A DNA stretch of 64,000 nt from Phyllobates terribilis (Eukaryota), in contig NW_027362762.1 in assembly GCF_046119375.1 (NCBI RefSeq), forward strand, positions 439,022,001-439,086,000. The letters are read 5' to 3'. Of the stretch, positions 50,795 to 63,760 are shown one piece after another. Each line of letters begins with the position of its first letter. Position 1 is the stretch's first letter. The notes under the pieces are model-generated. The model searched no databases, was not told where the DNA came from, and worked only from the letters and a program-made list of their open reading frames with translations. Position numbers and translations under genes: made by a program.

Positions 50795-52325
50795 GCCACC
50801 ATCATCATCATCATCCCCCCCTCCTCACAGCCCCCATCATCATCATGATCCCCCCTCCTCACAGCCCCGATCATCATCATCATCCCCCCTCCTCACCGCC
50901 CCATCATCATTCTCATTCCCCCTCCTCACAGCCCCCATCATCATCATCATCCCCCTTCTCACAGCCCCCATCATCATCATCATCCCCCTCCTCACAGCCC
51001 CCATCATCATCATCATCCCCCCTCATCACAGCCCCCATCATCATTATCATTTCCCCTCCTCACAGCCCCATCATCATCATCATCCCCCCTCCTCACAGCC
51101 CCCATCATCATCATCATCCCCCCTCCTCACAGCCCCATCATCATCATCATCTCCCCTCCTCACAGCCCACATCATCATCATCATCCCCCCTCCTCACAGC
51201 CCCCATCATCATCATCCCCCCTCCTCAAAGCCTCCATCATCATCATCATCCCCCCTCCTCACAGCCCCCATCATCATCCCCCTCCTCACAGCCCCCATCA
51301 TCATCATCATCTCCCCTCCTCACAGCCCCATCATCATCATCATCCCCCCTCCTCACAGCCCCCATCATCATCATCATCCCCCCTCCTCACAGCCCCCATC
51401 ATCATCATCCCCCCTCCTCACAGCCCACATCATCATCATCATCCCCCCTCCTCACAGCCCCATCATCATCATCCCTCTCCTCACAGCCTCCATCATCATC
51501 CCCCCTCCTCACAGCCCCCATCATCATCCCCTCTCCTCACAGCCTCCATCATCATCATCATCTCCCCTCCTCACAGAGACCATAATCATCATCATCCCCC
51601 CTCCTCACAGCCCCCACCATCATCATCATCCCCTCTCCTCACAGCCCCATCATCATCATCTCCCATCCTCACAGCCCCCATCATCATCATCATCCCCTCT
51701 CCTCACAGCCCCATCATCATCATCCCCCTCCTCACAGCCCCCCTCATCATCATCATCCCGTCTCATCATCATCATCCCCTCTCCTCACAGCCCCATCATC
51801 ATCATCATCATCCCCCCTCCTCACAGCCCCATCATCATCATCATCCCCCCTCCTCACAGCCCCCATCATCATCATCATCCCCCCTCCTCACAGCCCCCAT
51901 CATCATCATCATCCCCCCTCCTCACAGCCCCCATCAGCATCATCATCCCCCCTCCTCACAGCCCCCCCATCATCATCATCACCCCTCCTCACAGCCCCCA
52001 TCGTCATCATCATTCCCCCTCCTCACAGCCCCCATCATCATCATCATCCCCCCTCCTCACAGCCACCATCATCATCATCATCCCCCCTCCTCACAGCCCC
52101 CAACATCATCATTCCCCCTCTTCACAGCCCTCATCATCAACATTTTCCCTCCTCACAGCCCTCATCATCATAATTCCCCCTCCTCACACCCCCCATCATC
52201 ACCCCCCCTCCTCACAGCCCCCATCGTTATCATCCCAATCCCCCCCTCCTCACAGCCCCATCATCATCCCCCTTCTCCACACAGACCTCATCATCCCCCT
52301 CTTCTCTATACAGCCCATCATCACC
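50795..52325. repeat. ~30-bp (CAT)n-CCCCCTCCTCACAGCCCC minisatellite
   Basis: Repeated CATCATCATCATCCCCCTCCTCACAGCCCC with variable CAT number. Confidence 0.95.
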
Positions 52326-53499
52326 TTCCCCATGCAGCCTCACGCATATAACATAAACCCTTTTCCTGTTAAAGCCCCCCCATAAGCAGCCTTATACAAG
52401 TAGCAGTTGCCATTTCCCTATACAACCCTCCATCATGCAGCCCCCATACAATACCATCATCCACACTTCTTTGCACCCAAAATTCATCCTCAGCCCACTC
52501 ACACTGAGCCCTGTGTCCTCATTCCCACCTGCACACAGCTCCATCATGCAGCCTCTCTGTCCGCTTCAGCAGCCACAGCTCCAGCTCCACGCTGCTTCCT
52601 GCCATCGGGCCTTCACTGGATTGAAGGAAGCCCCGCCCCTTCTGGTGACATCATCCCCTCAAAAAATCAACTCCACTCTAGACGCTACCGAGCTGCAGAT
52701 GTCAGTGTACAAAGGATTATATGAGGGCAGTCAGGCTATGGGCCCCCGGAGCCCCGGTGCCCGGGGCGGTAGCCCAGATTGCCCTCATTATAATCCGCCT
52801 ATGGTTGGTATGGACAACATAGTTCGTGGCTTAACAAGTTTGATGTGGAGAACATTGAGTGGCATGCACAGAGCTCTTACTTTAACCCCATCAAACACCA
52901 GACTTTCTCAACTTAGATTAGTCCTTGACTTCATAAATGCTATTTTTCCTGAATAGGCATAAAATTCCCCTATGCAATCCACAATCTTGTGAAAGCATTT
53001 TCAGAAGATTGGAGTCTGTTTAAGGCCACGGCCCCAGTATCAGTATTTGGTCAGTATTCAGTCAGTACTTTTTCTAAGGAATTGCAGCCAAAACCATTTG
53101 AGGAACAATCAGAGAAAAGGTATAAAAGAAACAAGTGCACCAATTCTGCATTTATCACCCACTCCTGGTTTTGGCTAGAGACAAATGTCTGCAATCTATG
53201 TGACTGAAGAATGCTGAATAGTGACAACTTGCGGTATGCACATTGTCATAATTCAGTGGTATTGCCAGTGTAAGAGGGTGGTCACGTGACTGCATGTAAG
53301 CAATTTGCAGTCACGTGTAAACTAGACGCATTCAACTTCTCTAAATAGAAATGACATGCGGACACATGATAGACCTTTCACGTCGGCGATACTGGAAAAT
53401 CGTGACAGCATGCACAACCACACCCTGTCATGATTCAGCAGTCTGCAGTCACATAAAGTGAGTGCAGACTTTTGTCCCAAGCCTGAACAACTTCTTTAA

Positions 53500-54301
53500 A
53501 TGGAATGTGTCATCAGAAAATGCCCTACAGTTTAAATTTGGTTATTTTGTTAAATAGATTTTTTAAGAATTTGAACCATTTTTACATCAGATCTGCTATA
53601 TCTGTATAGAAAAAAAGTCAAAATCTTGCAATTTTCACTCTGGCAACAGGGGCTATTCTAGACTCATAGTTGCAGTTTTTGGGGTTTTTTTGCTTTTTTT
53701 TAGGAAATCCACATGTACCATAGGGTTAGAGTCTGTCTATTACTGCTATCTTCTGTATTGAAGCATCTAATGATTGTGTACAAAGGTCATTGTGATACAG
53801 GCGAGCAGTGGAAGCTGTTACATTGCCTATTGTGAATGGTGGATGCTGTGTTACTATCTGAGGATAGAGGTGTTACTTGTCATTATAGCCCTGTCTGTGA
53901 TGATAATGATACTTCTGTAAAGTACTTTGCTACCTCATCTGACAGCAGAATAATGTAGGTAAAGAGAAGCTGAATACAAGGATGTATCACTTAGTTTACT
54001 GGGTGAAGCTGTTCTGATATCAGATAATCAGAGCTTTTAGATTTAGAATGAAGCAGAGCTGAGAAAGCTAACACCTCCCACACCAGGCTCTACATGTACA
54101 AAGTTCATAGACAGTGAGGAGATTATCACAGGGGGAGGGGGCGTTGCAGTTCGGCAATGTTAATCTCTTAGTGATAAATCCTTCACAGTTAGTAAACTAC
54201 AGCACGGACTTTGACAAGTAACACATCCCTGAATTCTGTGTTTCAGCCTTTATCTCCTGATGTTTTAGATTATATAGCAAAAACCTGCGGACAAATTCCC
54301 T
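53500..54301. mobile_element. TTAA-flanked T2/Kolobok-like non-autonomous element
   Basis: TTAA|ATGGAATGTGTCA ... GGACAAATTCCCT|TTAA; short, imperfect terminal repeats. Confidence 0.55.
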
Positions 54302-55496
54302 TTAAAAATGCGGCTTCACATCTGCACCAAAAACGCATCAAATAAGGGGAAAACGCATAAATGAAACACAGCAAACACACAATAGTCAGAGGAGAGTGTT
54401 ATTGCGTCGTGTAGTGTGGACACCTGCAAAAAATGTGCAGGAAAAAATGCAGTACAAAAAATGCAGCATTTACGCTGTGTGTGAACACGGTCTCAGTGTT
54501 ACATTTTTATTACATTTTTATTGGTTCAATGGAGAAAAAAATCAATGACGCCATTTATTTCTGCCATTTACGGATCACAATAAATAATCTGATTACTGTT
54601 TAGTGGGGGTCATTTCAATTACAAGGGTACCAAATATGTCTGTATTATTTGCTGGTATAAAAAGACTGACCGTCACTTCCAAAACAGAAAACTGGTGTGT
54701 ATGTACGGGTATTTACTAAGAGTAGTCATCTCCATATATAACCAACAAATAAAGTAGCACACTGTAGCGCTGTAGTTTGCAAACATGAAATATATGAAAT
54801 TTGAATTGCATTACTGCTCTAGAAAATAGAAATAAATGAGAATTCTTATCACATAAATTTGCCAATTCATGTGTACTCGGCAGCCACGGTGTGGCGACTT
54901 TCGTTGCTGGGAACCTGCATAGTGTGAATCCTCTCTTAGACTAAAGTCTACATGTATATGGGAAGTACAACTTATATTGATCCCTGAGAATAATGCTATT
55001 TTAGAAAAACACTAAAACTAGACATTATAAAATTACTGAACATGCATCATATTGCAGGACCATATTATAAATAGTTCAACGCCAAAATGAGAATGAACAC
55101 AAAAAAAAAAATAGACATCCCAGGAACTGATAGTAGATGTATAAAAGATAAATGTATTTATTTAATGAATATTAAAAACAATAACAATATAATATAGGTG
55201 ACGATAAAATTTAAGTGGCTATTGCCAAAAAAGGGGCACCAATGGGATGACATATACACATGATTGGTAATGAAAACATGATTAATGCATAGCTTAAACC
55301 TTAGGGATTAATTGAGCGGATATCATAATAAATAGCAATGTACTGACTTGTATTAAATACCAATAAAGTGCCAAGTGCAAATAGCTTAGCCAGTAGTAGT
55401 TATCCCACATAAACCCTATCAATAGGTGAGTATATACAGCATAGTAGAAAACTCTAACTTACATGTGTGATTATATGCCAAGCAATGGTGCCACTT

Positions 55497-55536
55497 CCCC
55501 TACGCACGTTTCGGCGGGCGTGTCTTCATCTGGGGG
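55497..55536 (-). ncRNA. Minimal type I hammerhead-like motif, copy 1 (U4>A core variant)
   Basis: Minus strand reads CCCC-CAGAUGA-AGAC-ACGCCC-GCC-GAA-AC-GUGC-GU-A-GGGG. Confidence 0.45.
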
Positions 55537-55590
55537 TGGGGGAGTCTCTAACTTACATGTGTGATGATATGCCAAGCGGTGGTGCCACTC

Positions 55591-55630
55591 CCCCTACGCG
55601 CGTTTCGGCGGGCGTGCCTTCATCTGGGGG
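55591..55630 (-). ncRNA. Minimal type I hammerhead-like motif, copy 2 (U4>A core variant)
   Basis: Minus strand reads CCCC-CAGAUGA-A-GGC-ACGCCC-GCC-GAA-AC-GCGC-GU-A-GGGG. Stem I CCCC/GGGG, stem II GGC/GCC, palindromic stem III ACGCGCGU, GUA triplet. Confidence 0.55.
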
Positions 55631-56048
55631 AGTCTTTCAGAGCTGACACCCACATGTGATCGCGGCGGCGCTCAGCGTGAGTCCATGCGATCACTGCGTC
55701 GTACATATACTGCTATTTGCAGGAACGCAGCTTCCGCAGATCAGTATATGTACGGCGCATCTCGTTAATTATAGCAGTATCCTACCTTCCCATATACATG
55801 TAGACTTTAGTCTAAGAGAGGATTCACACTAGGCAGGTTCCCAGCAACGAGAGTCACCTTACCGTGGCTGCTGGGTACACATGAATTGGCCAATTTATGT
55901 TCTAAGAATTCTAATATATTTCTATTTTCTAGAGCAGTAATGCAATTCAAATTTCAGATATTTCATGTTTGCATACTATAGCACTACAGAGTGCTACTTT
56001 ATTTGTAGGGTGTGTTATTTGCTGATTTGTGATGTTTATTATTTTTAA

Positions 56049-56873
56049 CCACTTCACATCTGGGCCATTTTACGTTTTTTAGTTTTCGTTTTTTTCCCTC
56101 CCCTTCTCCAAGAGCCATTACTTTGTTATTTTTCAGTCAATGTAGTCATATATGGGCTTGTTTTTTGAGGGACAAAGTTGTACTTTTAAATGACACCATT
56201 GATTTTACCATATAATGTACTGGAAAATGTGAAAAAAATTCCAAGTGCAGTAAAATTGCAAAAAAAAATGCAATTCCACGATTATTTTTTAGGTTTTCAT
56301 TTACTATGTTCACTATATAGTAAAACTGACTTGGCAATATGATTCTCTCAGTGCGCAGGTACCAAACATGAAAATTTTTTTTTGCTCTTGTCACCATTTT
56401 CCAAGACCCGAAATGTTTTCATTTTTTGAGATATGGGGCTGGGTGAGGGCTCATTCTTTCAGCCCTTAGCTGACATTTTTACTGGTACTATTTTGGGGAA
56501 GATACAATGCTTTGATAGCCTCTTATTGTATTTTATTGCAATGTTGTGGTGACCAAAAAAAGCGTAATTCTGGTGTTTCGATTTGTTCCTTGTTACGCTG
56601 TTTACCAATCAGATTAATTTACTTATATTTTGATAAATTGGACATTTCTGAACGTATCCATACCAAATATGTGTATTATTATTATTTATTTTTCTTGTTT
56701 TATTTTCATATTTTTTTAAAAAATATATTTTAATTTCTACTTTATTTAATAGTCTCCTTAGGAGAATTGAAGCTTCGATCATCTGATCAGTCATCATATG
56801 TGGGAAAAGATGTGGGCTCAGTGTGTGAGCCTGCATCAAAGTAATATACTGTACATCATATGTCGTGAAGGGA
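56049..56873. mobile_element. TTAA-flanked non-autonomous DNA element (piggyBac/Kolobok-like)
   Basis: TTAA|CCACTTCACATC ... TGTCGTGAAGGGA|TTAA; AT-rich interior with no ORF. Confidence 0.55.
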
Positions 56874-56997
56874 TTAAAAAGCACATTAAAAATGACTTTT
56901 ATGTAATTGTTTTTCATTATTTTTTAGTAATTTTGTAGGAAGAAAAAAATGTGACTCTTATTCTCCATCTAGAATACAGAGACATAGAAATACACTG

Positions 56998-56998
<1 letters not shown>

Positions 56999-57040
<42 letters not shown>
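56999..57040. repeat. (TA)n microsatellite
   Basis: About 21 TA units. Confidence 0.97.
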
Positions 57041-57044
<4 letters not shown>

Positions 57045-57229
57045 GTGTGTATATATATACAGTACAGACCAAAAGTTTGGACACACCTTATACTCAAGTA
57101 TAAGCCGACCCGAATATAAGCCAAGGCACCTAATTTTACCACAAAAAGCTGGGAAAACCTATTGACTCGAGTATAAGCCTAGGGTGGGAAATGCAGCATC
57201 TACTGGTAAATTTCCCCAACCTGGTAAAT

Positions 57230-58860
57230 ATTGCCAACTCATCACCAATCCTGGTATGCATGGCCCCCGCATCCCCAATCCTGGTATGCATGGTCCCCTC
57301 ATTCCCAATCCTTGTATGCATGGCACCCCTCATCCCCAATTCTGGTATGCATGACCCCATCATCCCCAATCCTGGTATGCATAGCAGCCCTCATCCCCAA
57401 TCCTGGTATGCATGGCACCCCTCATCCCCAATTCTGGTATGCATGGCACCCTTCATCCCAATCCTGGTATGCATGGCACCCCTCATCCCAATCCTGGTAT
57501 GCATGGCACCCCTCATCCCCAATTCTTGTATGCATGACCACCTCATCTCCAATCCTGGTATGCATGCCACCTCATCCCCAATCCTGGTTTGCATGACACC
57601 CACATCCCCAATCCTGGAAAGCATGGCCCCATCATCCCCAATCCTGGTATGCACGGCACCCCTCATCCCAATCCTGGTATGCATGGCACCCTCATCCCAA
57701 TCCTGGTATGCATGGCACCCCTCATCCCAATCCTGGTATGCATGGCACCCCTCATCCCCAATCCTGGTATGCATGGCCACCTCATCCCCAACCCTGGTAT
57801 GCATGGCACCTTCATCCCCAATCCTGGTATGCATGGCACCTTCATCCCCAATCCTTGTATGCATGGCCCCATCATCCCTAATCCTGGTATGCATGGCCCC
57901 ATCATCCCCAATCCTGGTATGCATGGCACCCCTCATCCTAATCCTGGTATGCATGGCACCCCGCATCCCAATCTTGGTATGCATGGCAACCCTCATCCCA
58001 ATCCTGGCATGCAAGGCACCCCTCATCCCAATCCTGATATGCATGGCACCCCTCATCCCAATCCTGGTATGCATGGCACCCCTCATCCCCAATCCTGGTA
58101 TGCATGGCCACCTCATCCCCAGTCCTGGTATGCATGGCCACCTCACCCCCAATCCTGGTATGCATGGCACCTTCATCCCCAATCCTGGTATGCATGGCCC
58201 CATCATCCCCAATCCTGGTATGCATGGCACCCCTCATCCAAATCCTGGTATGCATGGCACCCCTCACCCTAATCCTGGTATGCATGGCACCCCTCATCCC
58301 CAATCCTGGTATGCATGGCACCTTCATCCCCAATCCAGGTATGCATGGCACCCCTCATCCCAATTCTGGTATTCATGGCACCCCTCATCCCCAATCCTGG
58401 TATGCATGGCACCTTCATCCCAATTCTGGTATTCATGGCACCCCTCATCCCCAATCCAGGTATGCATGGCACCTTCATCCCCAATCCTGGTATGCATGGT
58501 CCCATCATCCCTAATCCTGGTATGCATGGCCCCATCATCCCCAATCCTGGTATGCATGACACCCCTCATCCCCAATCCTGGTATGCATGGCACCCCTCAT
58601 CCCAATCCTGGTATGCATGGCACCCCTCATTCCAATCCTGGCATGCATGGCAACCCTCATCCCCAATCCTGGTATGCATGGCACCTTCATCCCCAATCTT
58701 GGTATGCATGGTCCCATCATCCCCAATCCTGGTATGCATGGCACCCCTCATCCCAATCCTGGTATTCATGGCACCCCTCATCCCAATCCTGGTATGCATG
58801 GCACCCCTCATCCCAATTCTGGTATGCATGTCCCCCCTATCCTGGTATGCACGGCCCACC
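57230..58860. repeat. ~27-bp minisatellite (CCCAATCCTGGTATGCATGGCACCCCTCAT), roughly 60 copies
   Basis: Continuous 26-28-bp units, each centred on ATGCAT. Confidence 0.96.
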
Positions 58861-59299
58861 ATCACGGCACACATTTAAAAAAATAAACACTTCTACTCAC
58901 CTTCCTTCCCTCAACTCCAGCACTGTTCCTGTTCTGCCAGCAGCTCACCTCCACATCTGAGCAGCGCATGATATCACTGCCATGCACCCTCAGACGCTGA
59001 GGTGAGCGGCGGGGATATTCACTCCTCTCCACGCCGGGACTATGGTAGTGGAGAGGAGTGAATATTCCTGTTCTTTAATAGCGTGCGCACAATGTCATCA
59101 GTGCCGCAGCTCCTGCTGTGGCTCAGCGATCCTCAGTGCCCGCTACTAAAGAGAATGCATATTCACTCTTCTCCACGCCCAAATAATATTCAAACTAAAA
59201 TATAAATATTAACCATAACAATTTCTCCCTTTTTATTATTTACAGACAATTTATCCATCAGCTACTTCCCCATGCTATGGGAGCCTGGGGGGGGGACAG

Positions 59300-60954
59300 A
59301 TCCCATTCACTGACAGATACCTTGTCCGCAAATCTCATCATAACAAATACACCAGTTCTAGCGGTTATATACACTAGTAAGACCAACATTTATGTAATGA
59401 AAGGGTAAATGAATATACTTGTATTCCCTATCCCCATTTACACTAAATGAGGTCTACCATTCGGTCTGGTGCGATTGTCTGCAGCCCGTTTATATAGGGA
59501 ATGTTTGGGGACAGCATTTATATCTAGGCCACCATGCAGAAGTTTGAAGGTTGCAGGCGTAAGGCGTGCTAAGGTGCATGTTCCCTCTGCACCCGGGAGA
59601 AGCCATTTATAGGCCTGGTGACCACATACTAGATACGTATAAATCCTTAGGCAGTATGCAGGGTATGATGTCAGTGAGTCTTTTAAGACAATGTATACAA
59701 GTCAAAAGTCCATACATCTGAGGTTTGGCATAACCAAGTTTAGTTGTTTTGGAAACCAACCTCATTCCTTCAGCATGTCTTAGACTCAGAAGGGTGTTTA
59801 AATGGGTCAAGCCATTCACAAGTCTGGGCAGAATCTAAAAACCACAACTCGCTATTGTCCAAATTTCCATGTTTTTTTTTCTGAAAACACTGATCATCAC
59901 GAATCAAAGAAGTGCTCTTGCACCTTTCCTAGTCCTTGGAGTGTGGGCATCGCAGGCTTTACTGAAATCTCACGTACTGGAAACTTCTTAGCCCTGTGTG
60001 TTAGAAATTTACTTTCTACTAGGTCCAGCCCCCACCAGTGTTTTAAGCTATCTGTAATCAAGGACTCTCCAACCACCCCACATTCTGGACCGGTACCACG
60101 TGGCTGCTGATGAGGTTTCCTCCGTCATAACGGGCAGAATCAAAAGTCTCTTTGTGGAAACAACTATAGTTGAAAGCCTCATATGGAGTTAGGGGCACTG
60201 AGTGATATGGCATAGTATCAGAGGATATTGGGCTACGGTGCATATCCAGCAGTTTTTAGGAACGTCTTTAGAGTCCACGTCTAGCAGCAGGACTTGGTGA
60301 TGCTTATATCTCAGGTGTGTCAGAGGTGACAGACAGTCGTCCTGCACTGGTTTGCAGGAGATCTCCACGTTTGGCAATGCAGACAGCTGCCTAGATAGGA
60401 GGCTGTCTTTAGGACCCAGCGACTACCTCCCTGTGGCCTGGATGTATATATACCTGATCTCTCCAGGTGGGCGTCGCCGGTTTTACTCATTTCTACTTGG
60501 AACTTGGCTAAAGCAGCATCACGTCCTCTTTGGAGTCTTGAGGCCGTGTTCCCTGTTGGAGTTCTTCTAAAGCTAAGTTATTATTTCCCTGTGTTGTCTT
60601 CCCCTTTTGTCTTTAGAGTGCTAGCGGAGGTTGACTAGTGCTCATCTCCTTCCACCCGCAGCTTTAGCCTTACGCCAGGGATAGTAGGGTGAGGCACGTG
60701 ATCGGCGAAAGCTGCGGAGGGACGTTAGGGGGAGACAGGGTGACGCTAGTCCAGATTAGGAAGTCATCTCTTCCCCCTTTCCCTAGTGTCTGGGCTCCCT
60801 TTCCCTTTCCCCTCTGTGTTAAACTCATACCTGGCGTGACTCTCTGTGTTGCACTCACACCTGGCGTGACAGATTATCAGTTTGTTGTCCCAGTCCTCTC
60901 CTCCTTTAGTACGTCATTGAGAGTTAAGGCAAGGAATACAATTGACATCAGCAT
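59300..60954 (-). pseudogene. ERV env remnant (signal peptide and SU up to the furin-like site; TM mostly absent)
   Basis: MLMSIVFLALTL (hydrophobic leader); NCWICT; YLVCGHQAYKWLLPGAEGTCTLARL; HSLYKR|AADNR. Confidence 0.75.
60318..60871 (+). mobile_element. Solo LTR (~550 bp) related to the Gypsy-2 LTRs, inserted in env
   Basis: TGTCAG...GTGACA with TATATATA at 60445. The 3' part GGGACGTTAGGG...CCCTTTCCCTAGTGTCTGGGCT...GTGTTGCAC resembles 35648-35750. No TSD found. Confidence 0.65.
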
Positions 60955-60989
60955 GGTCCAGAGGGGCAGGGTCATCATCTTTGCTGCTG

Positions 60990-63760
60990 CCGGGGATCAG
61001 GACCTTTTTCAGTGGCTGACGTTGATCCAAGTATCTTTGCCTTGGAGCTTGACAGAAGTGGCAGCGGTCAGTAGCACTTAAAATGGCTCACTGTATCTGG
61101 GTTCAGTGGTCTTCTTATATGTCTCTTGACCACGACCCAGTCTCCTTGTACCAATGTGCGTGCGCCGCTTATACAGTTGGGGTCTGGGATGGAGGAAAGA
61201 ACATGGTTATGAGGAACAGTCAAATGTTTGTGCAACTCCAAGACATATTCAGTGAGGGAACTGTAGGAGGCCGGCAGCTGCTGTGGGAAATACAATCCTG
61301 TCTTAGGGACACCACCAAACACTATTTCATCGGGGACAGCTTCTCTCTACATATTGGGGCGGTTCTCACTGAATATATTGCAATGGGCAAGCAATCTACC
61401 CAGGACAAGTGTGTTTCCTCCATACACTTCTGGATTTTTAATTTCAGAGTACCATTAATGCATTCCACCTTCCCACTTCTTTGTGAGTGATAGGGAACCT
61501 GTTCTATCTCCAGAGTGGCCATGATCTGTTTCATCAGTTTTCCAGTGAAATGTGCCCCTGTCACTCTCTATGGTTTTGGTTACCTGGTATCTACAAACCA
61601 CCTCACTTATCATTTTTTTTTCCTGTGTTAACTTTGGTCACGGCCCAAGCTTCAGGCAACCAAGGGAGATCAATGCATACCAGGACGTATTCATAAGTAC
61701 CCACCTTAGGTACTGAAGAAACCAAAAAGGTATCCAACTCCAGGAAAATTTTAAAATAGCAACTTTATTAGAAAAAAATCATAAAAATTAGCTTTGAAAA
61801 AGATTGCCTCTGAGTGATCGAAATGCATTGCTGAAAATGTCCTAGTAACAGCTATTCAATTGCACCTGTACCTGAATTTTTCCTCATAAAGTTGCTATTT
61901 TTAAATTTTCCTGTTTCCTCGGATCCTGGAGCTGGATAGAGTATTGTTGGTGTCTGGTCAGGACGAATTTCTATGCTCCATTCTTCGGATTGCTCAGGTG
62001 AGCTGGCTGAAACTTTTTATATACAAAACCCACATTAGGTAGCTGTATGTAGTCCACCTGCAGTCTCTGAAACAGGTAATCTGGTTTTGGTGTGCATTTT
62101 TGTGGCACTCGAATAGGTCTATCGGGGTTATGTTTCGCACAAACGAGACATACTTTGTAGCCGTGTTCGGGAACCCTGGGGCGCACCACTTTTGTAGCAC
62201 CACTGCACACATAACATCCTGTTGAGCACCGAGGGAATGTGTTAGGGCAGCCATCATGGGGAACAGGCAGCGTGGGAGGCAAATCCTGGTGTTTACCTGT
62301 CATACCCCTGATGCTGATCGTACAGCACCCGCTTTGACCCATGCATTCTGTTCGTGTGGGGGAGCCTGGGTCTGGAAAACCTGCAGTAGTTCACGATCAA
62401 CGGCCGGTGTGGTGACAGTCTCCTCTGTCAAGAGAGGGCTTTCCACACTTTCGGTCACAGAGTCCCCTAGCGGGGCTGTGTCTGCTATGGCCAGTATTCC
62501 AGTCAGAGGTAGTCGTGCTGTTTCCTTAGCCGCCTGTTCGGCTAAGGCAATCCCTACTACAAGGGGAGTTTGTTCCGTGTGCGCCGATAACTGCCCTTTG
62601 GGGAAGGTTGAGTGCTGTGAGTAGCTGTTCTACAGTCTCATAGGTTTGCCAGCATTGGCCAGAAAATTACAGCTCCACCAAATGGCGCCAAAGTCATGTG
62701 CGACCCTTTAAAACATATCTCAAGTCTGAAAATACATTGATTTCTTTACCTTTTCCCAGATTGCATGCTGCCGCGAGTGCCTTCAGCTCAGCCTCTGCAC
62801 AGAGCAGATGGAGGAGAATGGTTCATGTTACTGCCTTACTATTGTTGCTACTGCATACCCGGTGATGAACCATCCTTGTTCACTGTCCCAAGCTCTTGAA
62901 CCATCTACAAAATACTCAGCAGAGGGGTTAATGAGGGTACATCAGTGATATCTAACAAGCCCTATTTGTCTGCATCCATCAATGCCTGACAGTCATGTTC
63001 ATGTGTCAATGTCAAACTGAACTTCCTCATTTGCTAGTCTACAGGGGCAGGTTTTGGCTCACAGTCCTTCCCTTTTCCCCATCCTGATAATCTCCTCCCT
63101 TTTCTAAATCCACTGGTAATAGTGTAGCTGGATTTAGAACATTACAGCGTTTGATAGTTATATGGGGGATATTAAATGGGGAGGTTATAGGGACAATAGG
63201 ACCTTCTCTCTGGAGCTCTGGGACGTTATCATGTATCACTGCATTCTCCACAGTACTTATAGGGTACTATTTTATATAGGGGGATGGACACCTGGTTTAA
63301 GTTTTACTGTCACCGGGGAATGGGTAGTTCTCCCAAATCAAGTTTGTGACATGCCCACAGCTGGCTGGTTATGTTCTCTAACCAAGTATGTAGGGAATGG
63401 GGTTCAGAGCGTGTGCTGTACAGGGCTGTAGGAAGTGTCAGGGACAAGAGACTACACAGGGTGCACTCAAATAAGGGGGTAATCATCTTGGGGCCATTTG
63501 GAGCAAATTCTATACGGGCTCCAATTTTCTGCAACACTTCTGTCCCCAACAAATTAAAAGATTCATCAGAGAAACTAAAACCAGGGTCATAATTAAAGTT
63601 GAACCATGCAAATTCGGTCAGAGGGGTTCAGTCATTTGTAATTTAGTAGCTTGTCCCTCTACCCCTTCATAAGTGACATATTTGGGGGACAGTATGTCTT
63701 CTGATTTGTTTTCTTGCATTAATACTGCAAAGGCTGCTCCAGTGTGTATCATAAATGTAA
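60990..63760 (-). pseudogene. ERV pro-pol remnant with the RT core deleted
   Basis: Only ~430 bp separate the protease C-terminus (LGTEVLQKIGARI, ~63550) from LNPATLLP (~63120). No YxDD motif seen. Confidence 0.8.
61713..62028 (+). mobile_element. ~316-bp insertion in the ERV integrase, with an inverted repeat and a decayed hammerhead-like motif (Penelope-like?)
   Basis: Flanked by CCCACCTTAGGTA (61700-61712) and CCCACATTAGGTA (62029-62041). Inverted arms at ~61741-61777 and ~61877-61914. The integrase reading resumes on both sides. Confidence 0.6.

Larger units (their letters stand above)
54745..56006. mobile_element. Penelope-like non-autonomous structure with 221-bp inverted arms around tandem hammerhead-like motifs
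   Basis: Arms at 54745-54965 and 55786-56006 are reverse complements (ACAAATAAAGTAGCAC...CATGTATATGGGAAG). The family assignment is an inference. Confidence 0.6.

Noticed and set aside
50685-52385. 566-aa Pro/His/Ser-rich ORF
   Set aside because: It is a read-through of the CAT/CCT minisatellite, and parallel frames are similarly open.
47216-52800. One large Harbinger-like element bounded by AGGGGTGGATTA and TAATCCGCCT
   Set aside because: The termini match only loosely, there is no 3-bp TSD, and the right end also pairs locally with 52713-52738 as a small hairpin element.
55700-55760. Hairpin GCGTCGTACATATACTG...CAGTATATGTACGGCGC as a structured RNA gene
   Set aside because: It looks like the terminal inverted segment of a small TTAA-type DNA element fragment and has no tRNA, snRNA or miRNA hallmarks I can support.
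57059-57190. Intact Tc1 or pogo element starting TACAGTACAGACCAAAAGTTTGGACACACC
   Set aside because: Only a ~30-bp TIR-like stub followed by a different repeat; no partner TIR or transposase is visible in the window.
57191-58960. 589-aa ORF and overlapping PGMHG/ILVCMAP repeat ORFs
   Set aside because: Artefacts of a 26-28-bp minisatellite that lacks stop codons in several frames.
60313-60876. TSD for the solo LTR in env
   Set aside because: The flanks AGGTG and GATTA do not match, so the exact boundaries remain uncertain.
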